A stretch of DNA of 64,000 nucleotides, from NCBI GenBank assembly GCA_963745835.1, contig CAVUZH010000013.1, positions 608,001-672,000 of the forward strand, in the 5' to 3' direction. Source of the stretch: an uncultured delta proteobacterium. GTDB lineage: Bacteria > Desulfobacterota > Binatia > UBA9968. The notes under the pieces are model-generated. The model saw nothing but the letters and a program-made list of their open reading frames with translations. It did not search any database and was not told the DNA's origin. Below, piece by piece: positions 58,704-64,000 of this stretch. Each line of letters opens with the position of its first letter. Within the stretch, counting starts at the first letter, position 1. The translations under genes were made by a program, and so were the position numbers.

Positions 58704-59369
58704 ATGCACTGTGCAATTACAAGATCATCAATTTCAACCTGTTTTGAGTTGCCGCTAGGCGCATGGATGATAACGGCAGCGGCAGCGTTGTTGTCAACCG
58801 CTCTAGGGTGCGGCACCATTTCAGACGCACCTCATCGATCGATAGCGACGAGCGCAGTGTTGCCGGCTGAGACCCTGAGCGACAATCCTCCGGTGGACGA
58901 GCCACAGACCGACATTCCCCCTCTTGAGAGTTCATCTGCGCCGATTTTGCCGCGCTCTCCCGAAATGCAGGAAGCTTTGCCGCCGGCAACTCTTCCCAAT
59001 CCTGCGCCATCGACGATCATAGAGACCGGGCTAGCCTCTTGGTATGGAGCAAAACATCACGGCAAGCGGACGGCGAGCGGAGAAATTTTTGATCAGAAAA
59101 AATTCACCGCCGCGCATCGAACTCTTCCGTGGGGCAGCATCGTAAAGGTAACCAACCTCGACAATGGAAAATCGGTGGAAGTGCGGATAAACGATCGCGG
59201 GCCGTTTCCCAAAGGCCGGATCATCGATCTCTCGCGGGCCGCGGCAAGGGCTCTGGGCATGGTGGAATTGGGAGTTAGCCCGGTGCGAATGGAATTGCTT
59301 TCGCCGCGCGAAATCTCAAGTGATCTGGTGTTGCAAAATAGCCAATCGTCTTCGGGCAACAGACAGTAA
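58704..59369 (+). CDS. rlpA: RlpA-like lipoprotein (DPBB lytic transglycosylase domain, no SPOR domain)
   Basis: ALGC lipobox, Pro-rich linker, GLASWYG, TASGE, TAAHRTLP, VRINDRGP, IIDLSRAAA. Confidence 0.88.
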   Translation: MHCAITRSSISTCFELPLGAWMITAAAALLSTALGCGTISDAPHRSIATSAVLPAETLSDNPPVDEPQTDIPPLESSSAPILPRSPEMQEALPPATLPNPAPSTIIETGLASWYGAKHHGKRTASGEIFDQKKFTAAHRTLPWGSIVKVTNLDNGKSVEVRINDRGPFPKGRIIDLSRAAARALGMVELGVSPVRMELLSPREISSDLVLQNSQSSSGNRQ

Positions 59370-59539
59370 TTAGAACCCGGATCATTAACCGACTTTCCGA
59401 TCGTTCAGACGTCGCTAAGTCCAAGTTATCTACAGCGTAATCTTTCCCTCCGTTCACTGCTTCGTTGACCGCAGAAAACCCGCTCAAATTGGGTAAAGCA
59501 ATTGGACAGGCCGGCTGGAACCTCGTAACAAAGGTCTGA
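59322..59539 (+). repeat. Diverged direct repeat, copy 1 (copy 2 at 60904-61130)
   Basis: Shared blocks caacagacagtaattaga, cgct.agtccaagtta, tttccctccgttcac.gcttc, acccgctca, ggccggc.gg, gtaacaaa in the same order. Confidence 0.8.
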
Positions 59540-59673
59540 GCTGACCGGCCGCAGGTTGTGCGTGCTAATGAGCGATCTGGATAGTGATTAACAGCTAGAC
59601 TAGGTCCATTCGGTATCGGGGATCAGCCGACTATTCCAGTTAGTTAACAAGGTTTTCCGAAGTGGTGCCGAGT

Positions 59674-60663
59674 TTACGGAAGTCTAAAAAAGTCCCGGGC
59701 GTTTTTATGACCCACTTTCTCCCGCTCTTCGTTGGAAAAACAATCCGACTCGATAAGTCTTACTGCTTGGTCGAGATAAGCATCTTCAATGGGATGATCG
59801 CTGCCGAACATTATATGTTCTGCTGCAAGGGTCTCAATTGCGCAGTGCAGTTCCGGCTTTGACCAGCGTGGCGGCGCCGTATCAAAGAAGATGCGCTGCA
59901 AACGTGACTCTAGTGTTTGCCGCAGTCCCATGTCGTAATGGCGGCCCAGGATGCGTTGTTTGAGGACGCCGAAACTGCCACCTAGATGTGGATAGATAAA
60001 ACGGAGCTTGGGGAAGCGATCGAGCAGATCGCTCAGCAAAACCCGCAAAAACGAGACGGTCGTATTATAGGGTCGCCCGTAACACATGAGTAAGTTGTAG
60101 TCCGACAATGGCAGCCTGGCGCTCGGCGTACCCGACACGTACTCCAGGGGCTCGCATGCGGGATGTGTGATAATGGGCAGGTCGAGCTTACTGACAAGTT
60201 CGAAAAATGAGTTTAGGCCGGGATTGTCCAGCGACCACCCCTTACGGGACAGATGCACGATGCTGTAAACGCCCGCAACACCAGGGCCGCGGACCGTTCC
60301 AGCTCCTCCAAAGCGCCCTCTTCACCGATGGGCACGTGCGCTAGTGTAAGCAGCCGCTCCGGGAAACGTCGCCGCAGCTCGTACATGGCATCGTTAACCT
60401 CACGGCACATTTTCAAATCTAACCACTCGATCCAGTTTGCGACGCTCAACACCGCTTTGTCGATGTTGTAGCGGTCCAAATCAGCGATCAGCCGATCCCC
60501 GATGAGATCTTTTCATCATACAGAAACAATACGCTGTCACCGCTGGCGATTCCGACCGTGCCGGGGCGCAACTCGCGCACCGTCTGGCCGGCAGGACGAC
60601 TTTGTGCAGTTCCTTCATCTGATGCGGTGGAATCCAATGATGATGAACATCGATTATTCCCAT
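59674..60663 (-). pseudogene. Amidohydrolase_2 family gene with at least 3 frameshifts (pseudogene or sequencing error)
   Basis: MGIIDVHHHW (60663), DRYNIDKAVLS, PIITHP, PHLGG, FDTA, MFGSDHP spread over ORFs 60481-60723, 60213-60479 and 59674-60258. Confidence 0.82.
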
Positions 60664-60903
60664 AGAGGTGAACCGCTCTTTGGCATCGAGAGTCGATGTG
60701 AAATGGATTTCCGGCAAGCTCACTTCACGTCGACGGAAGATAGATGGAGAGAGAACGTGATTTTCGTCTGGCAGGCTACAGTCCGATTAGTGCGCAACCG
60801 CTCAGCCTTGCCAACCGTTTTGCGACAGCGCGTACAGGTTACCTTCTGGATCCACGAGTTTAACTTCGTCCGTTTCACCCTCAGCCGCCGGCAGTGTCAA
60901 CCC

Positions 60904-61130
60904 GATCTGCTGAAAGCGCTATATCCGATCGCCTTCAACAGACAGTAATTAGACCCCGCATCTTTTACAGATCTTCAATCATTCAGGCATCGCTGAGTCC
61001 AAGTTAGCTATGGAGGCTTTCGCCTAATGGTTTTTCCCTCCGTTCACCGCTTCCTTGGACGAATACCCGCTCACTTCGGGAAAGCGATCGGACGGCCGGC
61101 CGGTCTTTCAAACAGTAACAAAAGATGTGA
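60904..61130 (+). repeat. Diverged direct repeat, copy 2
   Basis: Homologous to 59322-59539 (rlpA 3' end and downstream region). Confidence 0.8.
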
Positions 61131-61249
61131 TCGAGAAATTCTCGGCACGCAGCGCTTCTCGCATACGAGCCGTCTGCCTTTCAATGAATAAGTAGCTTGC
61201 GCTCTTTTCTTTTTCCGTTCGTTTGCTGTGTCTGCTCATTTCGCAGCGG

Positions 61250-61882
61250 TCAGTAAAGCTCGGTCTTCAGGCGCTCGGCATATTTCTCGTTATAACTTCT
61301 GGCGTAGGCAGCATCCTTGCCGTCGCGGGCGGCGGCGAAGTCGCCGTGGGTCGGGGCGCCGCTCGGCCGCTCCGTCGCCTCCCACAGCTTCGCCCGCACC
61401 AGAGCTTTAGGACAGTGATTGAAGGCTTCCTCGACAGCGACGACCACGACCACGCGCGGCGGCTTGCCGCCCACCTCGAATCGCTTCAGCAACTCCGGGT
61501 CCGTGCTGATCGTCGCACTGCCAGTCACGCGATAGGTTTCGTTCGATCCCGGGATCATGAAAATGATACCGACCTTCGGATTGACGAGCAGGTTCTTCAT
61601 CCCGTCGATGCGGTTGTTGCCTGGCCGGTCGGGGATCAGCAGTGTGCGGTCATCGAGCAACTGCACAAATCCCGGCGCATCGCCTTTGGGCGAACAATCG
61701 ATGCTGGTCCCGTTCGAGGTCCCGATCACCAGGAACGGCGATGCCGCGATGAAGGCGCGCCCGACCTCGGTGATGTGGTCGGTTTCCTTGGTGGCGACGT
61801 GGGGCAACGGCTTGGCATATATTTTCGCGAGATGGTCGAGTGAAGTAACGGTATAGGCATCGTTCCGGTCTATCGCATCCAT
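61250..61882 (-). CDS. Pyridoxamine 5'-phosphate oxidase-like FMN-binding protein (MSMEG_1061 family)
   Basis: FIAASPF, DCSPKGDAPGFV, IPDRPGNNRID, HCPKALVRAKLW; SD GAGGAGG. Confidence 0.92.
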   Translation of the reverse strand: MDAIDRNDAYTVTSLDHLAKIYAKPLPHVATKETDHITEVGRAFIAASPFLVIGTSNGTSIDCSPKGDAPGFVQLLDDRTLLIPDRPGNNRIDGMKNLLVNPKVGIIFMIPGSNETYRVTGSATISTDPELLKRFEVGGKPPRVVVVVAVEEAFNHCPKALVRAKLWEATERPSGAPTHGDFAAARDGKDAAYARSYNEKYAERLKTELY

Positions 61883-61895
61883 GTCATATTCCTCC

Positions 61896-62033
61896 TCGGG
61901 TCGGTGACGGTGGCAAAAGTCTTCGTTGGATTCTGCAATATCGATTGCTAACTGAGTATTGTCAACATTGCAATTTGCCGCATAGGCCGAACGGGGAAGC
62001 GGGTCGTCTCCCTAACGAACGGCGGCTTATTTC
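61896..62033. repeat. About 140-bp direct repeat, copy 1, containing the minus-strand promoter region of the FMN-binding gene
   Basis: Near-identical to 63818-63957. Minus strand TTGACA-17-GATATT with an overlapping gcaat-cgat-attgc palindrome. Confidence 0.85.
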
Positions 62034-62289
62034 AAACGAACGGTCGGGATCAGGTCTTTTACCTCTGACAGTCAGCCGCAGATCTGAGAGTTTATTTTCA
62101 GGATGTTCCGGCCGCCGGGCAGCGGAGATTCCGATTGCCTTCAATTTTCAAAAAGCAGCCTGCGATGATATGCCCTCTGAACTCCGGCGGCCGCCGTGGC
62201 TCGTCTTCTTTTTGCAGTCCCGTCAGCGACACTCCGTTCTTTTTGCACATTCCGCAACACGCTCGGCCATTCGGTTCTCCTTTACACAT

Positions 62290-62395
62290 TTTGCGCATCG
62301 GCGTCTGTCGTCGTTGAACGATACGCCACCGTTCAATCCCTTTGATCATGACGTGATGCAGGTCCCGGGGTATCTATTCTCGCTTGCCGCGACAT
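62290..62395 (-). pseudogene. 5' relic of a Y1 transposase of the same subfamily as 22899
   Basis: MSRQARIDTPG.LHHVMIKGIERWRIV versus MPRQARLDSPGTLHHVMIRGIEKKRIV; frameshifted and truncated. Confidence 0.8.
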
Positions 62396-62466
62396 GTCAT
62401 GCGCACTCTGGGAGGTCGTCTCCTTATCGGGCTCCGTCAAGCTACCACTTCCCCTCAGATATTCTC

Positions 62467-62496
62467 TTGACAGGGGCTACCCGAGCCGAATAGATT
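62467..62496 (+). promoter_or_regulatory. Putative sigma-70 promoter
   Basis: TTGACA-18 nt-TAGATT upstream of the 62758 ORF. Confidence 0.4.
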
Positions 62497-62757
62497 TTGG
62501 CGGTCTCACAGCTCGATCCACCACTTACGGGGGGATACGAATTAGTCGCTCGAGCATTACCGGACCGTAATGCCCAGACGAGGCGATGGCCGTTAACATC
62601 CATCCAGTCGTCGGCGATCGCGTCTTGGTTCGCGGCGACCCGTTCGCCGAACTATCGACCATGTGCAAGGTTTGTTTGTTCTGGACCAGATTGGGTGAAT
62701 AATTCGGCACCGGTCAGACTGGAGTCTTGGTCTGCTGAGCCTCTGAGGTTACCTACC

Positions 62758-63717
62758 ATGCCTAAGTTCACGGAATCGCAAATCAAGGCGGCGATCTCTG
62801 CACGCGACAAGGAGACGCGTGCAGATTCGAAGCTCCGCAAGACGATGTTGGCTCGGATGCAGACGATGCAGCGCCAAGGAGAAAAAGCTCTCACTTCCTA
62901 TCTTAAGAAGACCGGGTTCGATTTCAAAGGCTACGACAGGATCAGTGCACAACAGCAGGCGGAGATGCACCGGCTCTTGAAGGAAGCGCAGAAAGCCGCG
63001 ATCAAACGGTCTTCCTCACGAAAAAAGGAGCTCGCGTACGGCGTTGAGAACTGGCGCAAGAACGTCGAACGGTTTCGCGACGCCACCCTCGTGTCCAAAT
63101 TCGTACCCGCCTTCGAGGTGGTGGATACTCCCTTCCTGATCTGGCCGACCAACAACCTGGAGCTTGAGGACTCGCATACCGAGCCGTGGAACAACACGGC
63201 AAAGGTTCGCGGTCTGTGGTCCGGCAGCACGGGAAGCGAAAACTTGCGGTTCATCTTCGTCTGGGAAAACCCGATCGACAAGTGGGCCGTCGTGAACGTC
63301 GAGTCGAATCTGGCTGTCAACGGCGCCTGTGATGCGTTCGCGGAAGGAGGATTTCTGGCAGGCAGCCTGAATAGCGTGTTTGTTCAAGCATCCCTGAACG
63401 TCTGGGAGTGGTGGAATAACCCACCGACCATGCTTTCGCCGCAGGCGACGCAAGCTCAAAGGGTTCTGGCCGTGGCGGCTAGCGGCGGAGGGCCTCTGAG
63501 TAATCTGGGCGGCGGCAGTGTTGATTCGAAGAGCGCAAGTGGAATCCATGATCTCAGGCGCACGTTGTTTTCGCTTCCCCCCAATGGTGTCGCGGTGTTC
63601 GAGGTTGCGTTGGAGTTTTTCTACGACAATACCGGCGGCGGCATGATCCAAGCGAACTTCGCAAGCGGTGACTTTGGGGTTAAGTGTCCTGCGGTGGTGA
63701 TTGCCGTTCTAAGTTAA
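62758..63717 (+). CDS. Hypothetical protein: charged helical N-terminus + beta-rich C-terminal domain
   Basis: Long open frame with coding-like composition; GAGG before ATG 62758; no family recognised. Confidence 0.7.
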   Translation: MPKFTESQIKAAISARDKETRADSKLRKTMLARMQTMQRQGEKALTSYLKKTGFDFKGYDRISAQQQAEMHRLLKEAQKAAIKRSSSRKKELAYGVENWRKNVERFRDATLVSKFVPAFEVVDTPFLIWPTNNLELEDSHTEPWNNTAKVRGLWSGSTGSENLRFIFVWENPIDKWAVVNVESNLAVNGACDAFAEGGFLAGSLNSVFVQASLNVWEWWNNPPTMLSPQATQAQRVLAVAASGGGPLSNLGGGSVDSKSASGIHDLRRTLFSLPPNGVAVFEVALEFFYDNTGGGMIQANFASGDFGVKCPAVVIAVLS

Positions 63718-63817
63718 CTGAAGACTCGCTCGTTCTCGCGTACCTCACGAAGTCGCAGCCCGCACCTGCGAGCTCTTCCGGGCTGTCCCGTCACGCCAAT
63801 GCCAACGTTCCGAGTTT

Positions 63818-63957
63818 TCGGGTCGGTGACGGTGGCAGTAGTCTTCGTTGAATTCTGTAATATCGATTGCTAACTGAGTCTTGTCAACATTGCAATTTGC
63901 GGCTTAGGCCGAATGAGGGAAGCGGGTCATCTCCCTAACGAACCGGCCGCTTATTTC
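63818..63957. repeat. About 140-bp direct repeat, copy 2
   Basis: tcgggtcggtgacggtggca...aatatcgattgctaactgagt.ttgtcaacattgcaatttgc...tctccctaacgaac...gcttatttc, as at 61896. Confidence 0.85.
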
Positions 63958-64000
63958 GACCAATGAGTTTACTTCGGCGTAAAGTAGCTGCACTTTTTTA

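Noticed and set aside
1-64000. tRNA, rRNA, tmRNA, known riboswitches, prophage or integrase genes
   Set aside because: None recognised by eye; a tRNAscan-SE/Infernal run would be needed to exclude small RNAs formally.

Overview
Gene-dense, GC-rich bacterial window with no rRNA, tRNA or CRISPR array detected. Gene content (many NMT1/SsuA-like and AfuA-like solute-binding proteins, four Rieske oxygenase alpha subunits, amidohydrolases, an amidase, a TPP enzyme, a NahE-like aldolase) suggests a soil or sediment aromatic/heterocycle scavenger, resembling Candidatus Binatia (inference only). The intergenic space is full of mobile-DNA traces. One intact HUH/Y1 tyrosine transposase (22899-23867) is enclosed by a 30-bp inverted repeat with a 'stutter' of truncated end copies outside its left end. 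About ten more Y1 relics or ends are scattered through the window, two of them identical 19-mers facing inward around a 9.3-kb triple-Rieske/ABC operon. There is also an IS630 relic and four families of small palindromic or periodic repeats. Best candidates for undescribed systems: (i) the inverted-repeat-bounded, end-stuttering Y1 element family; (ii) an AT-richer two-gene winged-helix + NDT/TIR-like module beside it (putative defence system); (iii) a duplicated lipoprotein alpha/beta-hydrolase + exported SAM-methyltransferase-fold pair. Several genes have single-base frameshifts in short homopolymers, probably long-read errors. All family calls come from motif recognition by eye; no searches were run.
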